The notes under the pieces: generated by a model | What the model was told of the DNA's origin: nothing | What the model saw: only the letters and a program-made list of their open reading frames with translations | Databases searched by the model: none | Translations under genes and position numbers: made by a program | Shown here: positions 16,428 through 23,690 of the stretch, piece after piece | Layout: each line of letters starts with the position of its first letter | How positions within the stretch are numbered: position 1 is the stretch's first letter | DNA from: Candidatus Woesearchaeota archaeon | GTDB lineage: Archaea; Nanobdellota; Nanobdellia; Woesearchaeales; UBA10107 | Direction: 5' to 3' | Assembly: GCA_013331965.1 (NCBI GenBank) | Contig: DUFL01000051.1 | Location: 1 to 33,235, forward strand | DNA: 33,235 bases

Positions 16428-18103
16428 TATGCGGGTACCTCTTCAGGAATACCATACTCTTGTTTTAATATCTCGGCGAATCCTGCCAGCATAAACACTT
16501 TTCTTTTGGTTTTCATTGCGTTATCTATTGAAAGAATATCTATTTTTAATTTGGCTTGCAGCTCCTCCTCATACCTTGCTGCTTCAGCTAATTTTACAAT
16601 CAGTTTGTTGAAATTTGGTACTATTTTTGTTCTGATTAAGCTTGCTCGTTCCATTCCATCCGGAGTTTCGGATGCTCTAATCAATGCGGTTCTCAATTCA
16701 GTCAGTGCTGAATTTATTTCGATTGTTTCCCTGTTATAGTTCATTATTAAATCATTTGTCTTATCAGTTTCTTCATCTTCTTTTTTAAGCTGTTCAATTA
16801 GATTCGGCGACATTTCTTCAATTGAGATAAGGGTTTTTGTGAATGCAGTTATAATCTCTTTTCTTTTTTGTCCCAATTCTCTTATTCTTTTTCTCACTGC
16901 ATAATTAGCTGTTTTTATTCCTCTTTTTGCTGCTTTCGCAAATACTATTTTCCAGCCAGCATCATCTTTTAATTTAAACTCATCAAATTTTGCAGCAAAA
17001 AGCGGCTGATTCCAATTTTTCCCTAAATGGATTTCCCATTTTTTTCTTCCTTCTTCAGTATCTTTTATCAAATCTTCATATATTCCAAGAAGATATTTCA
17101 TTTCTTTTCCCTCCTGTGTCATTTCAAAATTGTCTCTGAATAGTTTAATTTGTTTTCTTCTTGCTTCTTTTTCATTCTCTATGGCTTTAAGCTTGTCATT
17201 CAATGTAGTTGTTTTTCTAATCGGCTGCAGCAAAATTTGATCATGTATGGGGATTGCAGATGCTATTCTCGCTAAAAATGGCTTTACTACCATTTCATTT
17301 TGCGGCTGCGATATTGCTGCTGCTTCTGCATTTTGTACTGCGAATCTTGCTTGCCCAGCTTGTGCTAAAATCTGTTTTGTTCTTTCTCTTTCTATTCTTA
17401 TTTGTGTGACTATCTTTCTTCTTTCCATCTTGTCTTGTCTGTCCATTTCCTCTTCTTTCTCTGCTTTTTCTTTTTTCTTTTTCCACTCTTCTTTTTTGTG
17501 TGCCACAATTGTCGGGTATATGAATATTACGGCGGCTATTAATCCATGCACTACAAATATGCTGGCAAAAAATGGATCTAAACCAGAGGTTCTCAATGTC
17601 TGCAGTATTGATTCGGGCAGTATGTTCGTTCTTGAAAAAAGGCTGTTAAAAGGCGCAGCGATAATACTTATTACAAAATATGTTCCAGTAAACAGCTCGA
17701 ATTTTTCTTTTTCCCCTGCACTAGTTTTATTTGTGATAGCATAATAAATATATACAATCCATGCAAGAAACCACATGCTTTTGAAAGGATTTGAAGTATT
17801 TAGCACAAAATTGGAGATTACGGGGATTGTAACTATGCCGACCACAATTCCGCTTATGTTAGCAATTGATCCTTTAAACCAATCTCCTCCGAATCTTCTT
17901 AATAATAATATAATAATTAAAACTGTAAGCACCCAAGTACCGAAAAACGCCAATAATTTTCCTTGTGAACTTACTTCGCTTAATGGAGCAATAATATTCT
18001 TGATACTTTCAACATTAGTTTCTATTGAATATGCCGAAATAATACTAACTAGGTTAAGAACTATGGAAATGAGCATTAAATACAACATTTTATTTTTTCT
18101 CAA
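16427..18103 (-). CDS. polytopic membrane protein with about 350-aa C-terminal coiled coil, 558 aa
   Basis: N-terminal signal/TM plus about 5 further TM helices, then a KKEEWKKKKEKAEKEEE coiled coil. Start is either TTG 18103 (TTGA overlap with the RHH gene) or ATG 18088. Confidence 0.8.
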   Translation of the reverse strand: MRKNKMLYLMLISIVLNLVSIISAYSIETNVESIKNIIAPLSEVSSQGKLLAFFGTWVLTVLIIILLLRRFGGDWFKGSIANISGIVVGIVTIPVISNFVLNTSNPFKSMWFLAWIVYIYYAITNKTSAGEKEKFELFTGTYFVISIIAAPFNSLFSRTNILPESILQTLRTSGLDPFFASIFVVHGLIAAVIFIYPTIVAHKKEEWKKKKEKAEKEEEMDRQDKMERRKIVTQIRIERERTKQILAQAGQARFAVQNAEAAAISQPQNEMVVKPFLARIASAIPIHDQILLQPIRKTTTLNDKLKAIENEKEARRKQIKLFRDNFEMTQEGKEMKYLLGIYEDLIKDTEEGRKKWEIHLGKNWNQPLFAAKFDEFKLKDDAGWKIVFAKAAKRGIKTANYAVRKRIRELGQKRKEIITAFTKTLISIEEMSPNLIEQLKKEDEETDKTNDLIMNYNRETIEINSALTELRTALIRASETPDGMERASLIRTKIVPNFNKLIVKLAEAARYEEELQAKLKIDILSIDNAMKTKRKVFMLAGFAEILKQEYGIPEEVPA

Positions 18104-18243
18104 TTCTTCACCTTCTTTTTTAGTTCTCTACTTAGCAAATCTTCTATCATTGACGAGAGGTTAGTGTTTTCATCAATTGCCAATTTCTTGGCATCTTTCC
18201 AGATATCTACGTCTAGTTTTATTGTCCTAGTTATCCTTGACAT
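18100..18243 (-). CDS. 47-aa ribbon-helix-helix (CopG/Arc-like) DNA-binding protein, first gene of the cluster
   Basis: Not in the ORF track. MSRITRTIKLDVDIWKDAKKLAIDENTNLSSMIEDLLSRELKKKVKN has the beta-strand/helix/helix RHH pattern. tttataaa on the minus strand lies about 25 nt upstream. Confidence 0.65.
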   Translation of the reverse strand: MSRITRTIKLDVDIWKDAKKLAIDENTNLSSMIEDLLSRELKKKVKN

Positions 18244-18351
18244 TAACCTTTAAAATAGAACAGGCCTTTATAAATATTTGCATATTTAAATACATAATTC
18301 TATATTTATATATTTATAGATTTAAATAAGTACGGAGAAAATCTTCAAGAA

Positions 18352-19086
18352 TTATCTAGCAACTGCCGCTTCGAGCCCACTCATTGCAGAATCGACACTG
18401 TCGATAGGATTTCTTAGATACAATGTGTTCCAGTAATATTTGTTTACGGCTTCTTTTGTAACTTCTATCCCTTCCTTAACTCTGTCCACAACATTAGAAA
18501 CACTGCTTGTTGCGGCTTCTTTTGCTCCGCTGATTATATTGGCTAATTTTCCGAATGTTTCTGGTGCAAGATTCTTGAAAGCCAAACCTCCGCCGATAGC
18601 GCATCCCAACATTTTTCCATATTTATTTGAATTTCTTCCTTTGAAAAAGTAATTAAATATTTTCTCAGGAGCCATAGCTATATTTTTTACAGTATCAAAC
18701 GGATGCATAACAACTTCAGTAGTTTTTCTGAAAACACTGCCAATAGTATCGACAGGATGTCTAATTAATTTATAGGCTAATCCAAAACTTCCCGTTACAA
18801 AATTGTAACCCATATTCATTGCTATATACGTCGTAGAACCAACAATGGTCGTATAGACTAATCCCATTATTGGCGATAAAAAAACAATAGGTAAAACAGA
18901 TCCAGCTGAATAAGATGCGGCACCGTATTTCAATGTATCGCCAACAAAGCCATCAACTTTATTCATAACATTTACAACATTTTCTTTCGTTTCTTGAAGC
19001 TTTTGCTCTAACGATTTAGAAGGTACACTTGTTCTCTGTTCAAGCCCTCCTGCGGGCATAGGAATAGTTGCTGCAGCTGCTGTCAT
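18352..19086 (-). CDS. membrane protein, unknown function, 244 aa
   Basis: Long ORF with central hydrophobic helices (VLPIVFLSPIMGLVYTTIVGSTTYIAM). gctttaaata TATA upstream. Confidence 0.7.
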   Translation of the reverse strand: MTAAAATIPMPAGGLEQRTSVPSKSLEQKLQETKENVVNVMNKVDGFVGDTLKYGAASYSAGSVLPIVFLSPIMGLVYTTIVGSTTYIAMNMGYNFVTGSFGLAYKLIRHPVDTIGSVFRKTTEVVMHPFDTVKNIAMAPEKIFNYFFKGRNSNKYGKMLGCAIGGGLAFKNLAPETFGKLANIISGAKEAATSSVSNVVDRVKEGIEVTKEAVNKYYWNTLYLRNPIDSVDSAMSGLEAAVAR

Positions 19087-19164
19087 TTTGTTACCACTTG
19101 CAAGTAAGAATACTATTATTTAAAGCTTTCGCTTATCATCCAAATCAATAAAATGCAAGAATCC

Positions 19165-19425
19165 TTATTCAACTTTAGCTTCTTTTCCCAAACACTGCCC
19201 AGGCAGACCTTTCTCAAACAATGTCCTTACTGCGCCATTCCTGCCGTGTACCGCAGTTATTCTGCCAGAAATAGCGTTTCCTTTGGTGTTGGCCCAGACT
19301 ATCTTTTTGCCTATCAATTTCTCAGCAGATTCTTTCTTAGAAACGCCCTCGACATGGACAATAGCCTGATTGCTGGCTTCCTGCTTCCTTCTTGAACCTC
19401 TAAAGTTAACGATTACTGCTTTCAT
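19165..19425 (-). CDS. rpl35ae: 50S ribosomal protein L35Ae (eL33)
   Basis: MKAVIVNFRGSRRKQ...AEKLIGKKIVW...GRITAVHGRNGAVRTLFEKGLPGQCLG is colinear with archaeal L35Ae. Start moved to the Met at 19425; TATA 19449-19456 lies about 25 nt upstream. Confidence 0.93.
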   Translation of the reverse strand: MKAVIVNFRGSRRKQEASNQAIVHVEGVSKKESAEKLIGKKIVWANTKGNAISGRITAVHGRNGAVRTLFEKGLPGQCLGKEAKVE

Positions 19426-19470
19426 AGAAAATTGAACCTTTGGGACATTTATAAAAGTTGCTTTTTCAGG

Positions 19471-19633
19471 GGCTCTGTCCCAAATCTTACGATTTGTCGT
19501 TAGCACCGACTCACGATGTAATTCTAACTTATCACAAACCGCTGAAGCCCCGTAGGGGGCGACCCCCTCAGCTTTGTTTATTATGATTTATCCATCGCTC
19601 GTAATTGGTGCTAACGACTTTCGGGACAGAGCC
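19471..19633 (+). ncRNA. GC-rich three-stem hairpin element, copy C (with extra outer stem P0)
   Basis: P0 ggctctgtccc(19471-19481)/gggacagagcc(19623-19633). P1 gttagcacc(19499-19507)/ggtgctaac(19607-19615). Loops gactca and ctcgtaatt. P2 cgatg(19514-19518)/catcg(19593-19597). P3 gctga/tcagc. Apical cccc-gta-gggg-gcga-ccccc. Confidence 0.6.
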
Positions 19634-19644
19634 TTTTTCAGGCA

Positions 19645-19792
19645 TTGTCAACTCTGTTGTGCTGTCGGCTCGGCATGTAATGATGCAGCAATCAGAAGCC
19701 GCTGAAGTCCCGTAGGGAGCGTCCCCTTCAGCTTATTTTCATATGCAACTATTGATGCCTCGCGAAATGACAACACAACAGACTCATGACAA
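19645..19792 (+). ncRNA. GC-rich three-stem hairpin element, copy D
   Basis: Outer ttgtca(19645-19650)/tgacaa(19787-19792). P1 ctgttgtgctgtc(19654-19666)/gacaacacaacag(19769-19781). Loops ggctc and tcgcgaaat. P2 ggcat(19672-19676)/atgcc(19755-19759). P3 gctgaag/cttcagc. Apical tccc-gta-ggga-gcg-tcccc. Confidence 0.6.
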
Positions 19793-19811
19793 AGATACAT
19801 GGTTAGATTTG

Positions 19812-19850
19812 TAGTTACTATTAAGTAGCTAAAATAGAAAGGTTTATATA
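19812..19850 (+). promoter_or_regulatory. shared promoter cassette copy 2
   Basis: tagttactattaagtagctaaaatagaaaggtttatata. The ATG at 19876 lies about 26 nt downstream of the TATA. Confidence 0.7.
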
Positions 19851-19875
19851 GCGATCTTTATTAAATCCTTCTCCA

Positions 19876-20781
19876 ATGGTGGAACTACTTAATTATTCAG
19901 ATCATCAATACTATCCCCGTAAATCGTTTAAAGGCTTAGAGAAATTAGTTATTTTTCCCGAAGGTGAACTAAAAAGCGATGGCATCCCAAATGGCTCAGT
20001 TTGGATGTTTAACTCCCCAGATCATACTTACGACCCACGAATTCTCGCAAATGACGTTGGGTGCGGTATGTCCGCATTTTTGATTTCTAATGAATTTAAT
20101 TATAAAACTGCCGCGGATAAGGTTGCAGATTTTATGAAAAATAAAAGAATTTTAGGCAATGGAAATCATTTTGTAGATATTTGCGGTCCTTTTGAACCTT
20201 TGACGGATCAATCATACCCAGGACACAGTGTTTTAGTTATTCACACAGATGGAAAATCTTTTGATAATGCCTCGCCAAAAACATTTGAAGAAGTAAAATT
20301 AAAAACACAAAAGGCGATAAATTTTAGACATAATTTGGGCAATGATCTTGCAAAATTAATTGGAGCTTATAAACTTGAAACACTTGGAGATTGGCCGCAC
20401 AACACCGTTGAAGTGGAAAATGGAAGTTATGTTTATCGTAAAGGGGTAATTAAAGTTACTCCGGAAAAAATTCATATGCTGCCTATGCACGTCGGGTCTA
20501 CAATTTTATTTTATACTATTCACAAAGACGATATTCCAGTTGCACATTCTATGCCCCATGCAAGCGGAAGAAGGGGTCCAACTGGAGACTTTAAGGTATC
20601 TGTTGAAAAGGCAAAAGAAATTAGAAATATGGTTTATGTTCCAGAATTAGTATCCGACTCTTCGCTGAGATCAGTTCATCCGGATTGCTTTAATGAATCC
20701 ACTCCAATATACAGAAAATTTGGAAAGCAAATGGTAGGGTTAGGAGAAACTCGAATTAAAGCATTTATTGGTAAAATTTAA
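19876..20781 (+). CDS. rtcB: miniature RtcB-like RNA ligase homolog (301 aa)
   Basis: Ordered RtcB signature blocks: NDVGCGM (Asp/Cys metal ligands), GNGNHFVDI, HTDGKS (in place of HSGSRG), PHNTVE, YRKGV, MPHASGRRG (in place of HGAGR, the guanylylated His). About 180 aa shorter than canonical archaeal RtcB. Confidence 0.7.
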   Translation: MVELLNYSDHQYYPRKSFKGLEKLVIFPEGELKSDGIPNGSVWMFNSPDHTYDPRILANDVGCGMSAFLISNEFNYKTAADKVADFMKNKRILGNGNHFVDICGPFEPLTDQSYPGHSVLVIHTDGKSFDNASPKTFEEVKLKTQKAINFRHNLGNDLAKLIGAYKLETLGDWPHNTVEVENGSYVYRKGVIKVTPEKIHMLPMHVGSTILFYTIHKDDIPVAHSMPHASGRRGPTGDFKVSVEKAKEIRNMVYVPELVSDSSLRSVHPDCFNESTPIYRKFGKQMVGLGETRIKAFIGKI

Positions 20782-20782
20782 A

Positions 20783-21586
20783 TTATCTTAAGATTAGATG
20801 CACTTCTTTTTTTTGTCCGCCAAGAATCATTGTCATGTTAGCGTGCGGTTCTAAAATACCTGTCGTTGGGTCAGTTTCAAATTTAGGATATTTTCTCCAC
20901 CAAGATCTCCAGAATATTTTCCAATTGGAATTTTTCATGGATTTCAATTGCTTGGCTTCTCTTACAATTGCCTTGAATTCTTTCTTAATCACATAAGCTT
21001 TAAACTGATTTTGTTCAGTTGCCTGGTTGAACACTCTTTTGACCAGAGGACTAACCTCCCCGATTGTAACCATTTTCGCCAGGCTTTCTTTTTCTTCCTC
21101 CAACTTAAATTCTTTCGCAAGTTCAGTAACCCCTCTTGTTATATTGGCTAAGCTCTCTATTTTTTCACGATCCCCCAGTCCCTTTATTTCACGAACAGCT
21201 TTTTCAGAAGGAACAGTCCTGCGAATCTTTTCCAAAAACATCATCACTCGTTCTAATTCCAATTTTTGTGCTTCGGAAAGAATAGCATCCCGCGGCACAT
21301 GTTTTGCATTTTTTTCAGCAGTTAAAAATACTTTTTCAAAATATTTCAGTTTCGGAAGCAGGAACTCTTCTACAAATTCCCCTTTTTTTAAGCCGAGTAT
21401 CCCTTTAGCGTCTTTGCCTTCATAAATCCACGGATGCGACAAAACATCTTTTTTAATCAGCATTAATTCTTCAATATCCCTGGTCAAATCAGAACTTAAT
21501 ACATATATGTCTTGATATATATCTATAAATTCTCTCTTTTCTTTTCCTCTGGCTAAAAGATTCAGTAATTTTGAAAAAACTCCCAT
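20783..21586 (-). CDS. helical hypothetical protein, 267 aa
   Basis: Long ORF downstream of the TctA-like gene. N-terminus MGVFSKLLNLLARGK. Trp/basic-rich C-terminal segment NWKIFWRSWWRKYPKF. Confidence 0.65.
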   Translation of the reverse strand: MGVFSKLLNLLARGKEKREFIDIYQDIYVLSSDLTRDIEELMLIKKDVLSHPWIYEGKDAKGILGLKKGEFVEEFLLPKLKYFEKVFLTAEKNAKHVPRDAILSEAQKLELERVMMFLEKIRRTVPSEKAVREIKGLGDREKIESLANITRGVTELAKEFKLEEEKESLAKMVTIGEVSPLVKRVFNQATEQNQFKAYVIKKEFKAIVREAKQLKSMKNSNWKIFWRSWWRKYPKFETDPTTGILEPHANMTMILGGQKKEVHLILR

Positions 21587-21629
21587 AAACTTATGATTAT
21601 TCCGTTGTATTTAATCCTTTTTATTTTAA

Positions 21630-22838
21630 TCACAATAAAAAATACAATATAACTGGAAGCAGCAACGCACCCATGCCGTGATTCCTTCCGACATTTACAA
21701 TCCCGGGTACAATCCCTATCGCGGTTGATGTCATCATAACCAGGATTCCGATCCAGCCTGTGAAATAAAATACCAAAGATGCAACAAATAAGATTATCAA
21801 AATACAAAGTCCGGAATAATTAACTTTTGTTATTATTTTTGAAAATATTCTTGTGAAAAACATAGTTAGAAAAACACCAATCGCTCCTGCAATCAAAGAA
21901 ACTGCCATTATCAGCGAAAACATACTTAAATTAATTTGCCCCAGTAATTTCTGAACAACAACTATCGAGCCGTTTCTTGCTTTGTCTATTGTGTAAAGAG
22001 TAATCAAGCTCAGCATCATCGAAACTGTTCCTATTGCGCCAATCAAAACAATATACATATATTCTCTTGTTTTTCCAACCAAACCAGAGCCAAGAATTGC
22101 CGCTTGTGCCGGACCCATTCCAGGAAAAATAGACACAAGTGTCCCTGAAATTGTTCCTGCAAAGATAGATTTCCCAAGCTCACCTCTCGGAATCTCAAGC
22201 TCATTTGAAATTTTTTGTTCGGGAATTCTTACTTTCTGTGACAATGAAGTCAGAAGCATGGAAATTCCGAACATTCCTGACAGCATAGGAAATAATGGAT
22301 CCTTTATGTCCAGGCTGAATGTCAAAATTCCTAAAATTCCGGAGATGACAAAAATAAATAATGCCCAGAACTTTCCTTTCACTCCTTTTTCCCTTGAAAT
22401 CATGTAAAATGCGACAGCTAATAAAATTATTCCGATATAATTCTTTAAATTATTAAAAATCCATGGAACTCCTAAAATTAATGCAGGAAGCATAATCAAA
22501 ACAACTAATAATCCCAAAAAACTTCCGATTGTCGCTAATTTCACTGCTTCAAAACCTTTTCCTTCCAGTAATAATCTGTGAGTCGGCATTATAGCCATTG
22601 CTGTGCTCTCATCAGGCGCTCCCAAAAAACATCCGGGAATAAAGTCAAGAAACGTATGCACTATTGACATAGAGATTATGACTGATGCTAAAATTATCGG
22701 AGAAAAATAATGCAGCAAGACGGGGCTAATCACCAATAATAATGCTGCAACCAGATTTATGTGGATGCCGGGAGTAATGCCGGTAACAATTCCAAATAAC
22801 GAACCAACCAGAATTGCGGCAAAAATCTCAATAAACAT
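21630..22838 (-). CDS. TctA-family / DUF112-like polytopic membrane protein
   Basis: About 10-12 TM helices. N-terminal GSLFGIVTGITPGIHINLVAALLL and internal FPGMGPAQAAILG resemble the paired PG-loop repeats of archaeal TctA-like proteins. Assignment is from memory only. Confidence 0.6.
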   Translation of the reverse strand: MFIEIFAAILVGSLFGIVTGITPGIHINLVAALLLVISPVLLHYFSPIILASVIISMSIVHTFLDFIPGCFLGAPDESTAMAIMPTHRLLLEGKGFEAVKLATIGSFLGLLVVLIMLPALILGVPWIFNNLKNYIGIILLAVAFYMISREKGVKGKFWALFIFVISGILGILTFSLDIKDPLFPMLSGMFGISMLLTSLSQKVRIPEQKISNELEIPRGELGKSIFAGTISGTLVSIFPGMGPAQAAILGSGLVGKTREYMYIVLIGAIGTVSMMLSLITLYTIDKARNGSIVVVQKLLGQINLSMFSLIMAVSLIAGAIGVFLTMFFTRIFSKIITKVNYSGLCILIILFVASLVFYFTGWIGILVMMTSTAIGIVPGIVNVGRNHGMGALLLPVILYFLL

Positions 22839-22911
22839 AATATGGCAGATTATAGCTTATTCATAATCCTTTCTATAAAAAATAAAAATAATCAAAAAAA
22901 TCAGAGAAACT

Positions 22912-23067
22912 TTATCTTGCTCTCTGTATCTTTGCAATACCTGCGACCAGCCAGCCTAAGCCGATTAGCCATGGGTTGTATACTGTCAATGCCGGCAACC
23001 AATTGCCTGCCTGAACCAGCAACAATGCACCGATTATAGTCATTATCCATGCTGTTAGTTTAGCCAT
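22912..23067 (-). CDS. 51-aa small membrane protein (MAKLTAWIMTIIGALLLVQAGNWLPALTVYNPWLIGLGWLVAGIAKIQRAR)
   Basis: Not in the ORF track. GAGGTGA SD lies 6 nt upstream. Two hydrophobic helices. Preferred over the + strand ORF 22842-23039. Confidence 0.5.
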   Translation of the reverse strand: MAKLTAWIMTIIGALLLVQAGNWLPALTVYNPWLIGLGWLVAGIAKIQRAR

Positions 23068-23123
23068 TAAAAATCACCTCTTAAATAGACGTTTAATACA
23101 CGTGTCTTTTTAAATTTTTGGGC

Positions 23124-23459
23124 TTATTTCACAATTCTGACTTCTTTTCCAATTAGCTGCATTTCTCCATTTTCATCCTTTGAAGCCTTCCCTATTATCT
23201 CAACATAATCTCCCGTATGCAGGTCAACAGGGTAATCCTTGAATAAGATTACAGTCAATTCGTCTTCTTTCTGAAGTTCGATGAATGTCACTTTCTCCGT
23301 CTGGGTTATTCTAGCGATGCTTCCTTTAACATTATAATTGCCGTCCTCTTTAAGCAAAGGGCTTTCGGGGAATTTAATCGTCTGAGAAAGATAGAACAGA
23401 ATAACTATGCCGATAATCGCACATAATAATGATAATTTCAACAATGTTTTTTCCTGCAT
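23124..23459 (-). CDS. membrane-anchored OB-fold protein
   Basis: N-terminal TM (LLKLSLLCAIIGIVILFYL), then YNVKGSIARITQTEKVTFIELQKEDELTVILFKD...GDYVEIIGK, typical of an OB-fold (tRNA-anticodon-type) barrel. Confidence 0.65.
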   Translation of the reverse strand: MQEKTLLKLSLLCAIIGIVILFYLSQTIKFPESPLLKEDGNYNVKGSIARITQTEKVTFIELQKEDELTVILFKDYPVDLHTGDYVEIIGKASKDENGEMQLIGKEVRIVK

Positions 23460-23535
23460 GAATTAGTTCGTCGATAACTATCTAATAAATCTATTTAGTT
23501 TGTTGGCACTATTACGAGAATTTGACTCGGGCTTA

Positions 23536-23605
23536 AGCTGGTTCGTGCTTAGTGCTGCTTTCCTTCAAAGCTAATGCACCCAGGCCGGATTTTAATCATA
23601 ATACT
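23536..23605 (+). repeat. truncated/short-form copy of the hairpin element family
   Basis: cttaagc-tggttc-gtgct ... gcaccc-aggccgg-attttaatc. Same order of blocks as the short copy at 25633-25680, but no 3' partner strands. Confidence 0.35.
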
Positions 23606-23690
23606 TCTAAACCAAAAAACACGTACTGCGCACTAACAAACCAAAAATCAACCTTCGTAACCTTTAAATACTAATTCAGTGTTGTTTTTA

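Noticed and set aside
9579-18243. The ten-gene cluster as an integrated provirus or plasmid (an RHH-led operon of orphan membrane proteins is virus-like).
   Set aside because: There is no integrase, packaging or replication ATPase, or capsid-like gene. There are no flanking direct repeats or tRNA target, and composition is the same as the surroundings. This cannot be fully excluded without homology searches.
19426-19506. N-terminal 27-aa extension of the L35Ae ORF in the track.
   Set aside because: The extension covers the TATA box and the outer stem of hairpin copy C. Homologs start at MKAVIV-type sequence.
19471-19792. Hairpin elements as H/ACA guide sRNAs (cbf5 is in the window) or box C/D sRNAs.
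   Set aside because: There is no conserved ACA trinucleotide 3' of the lower stem, and no tandem G-A K-turn/K-loop in the upper stem. C/D-like strings (tgatgc, tcaga) occur in only one copy.
22842-23039. + strand 65-aa ORF.
   Set aside because: It has no promoter or SD and a low-complexity N-terminus. The opposite strand encodes a better 51-aa two-TM ORF with a GAGGTGA SD.
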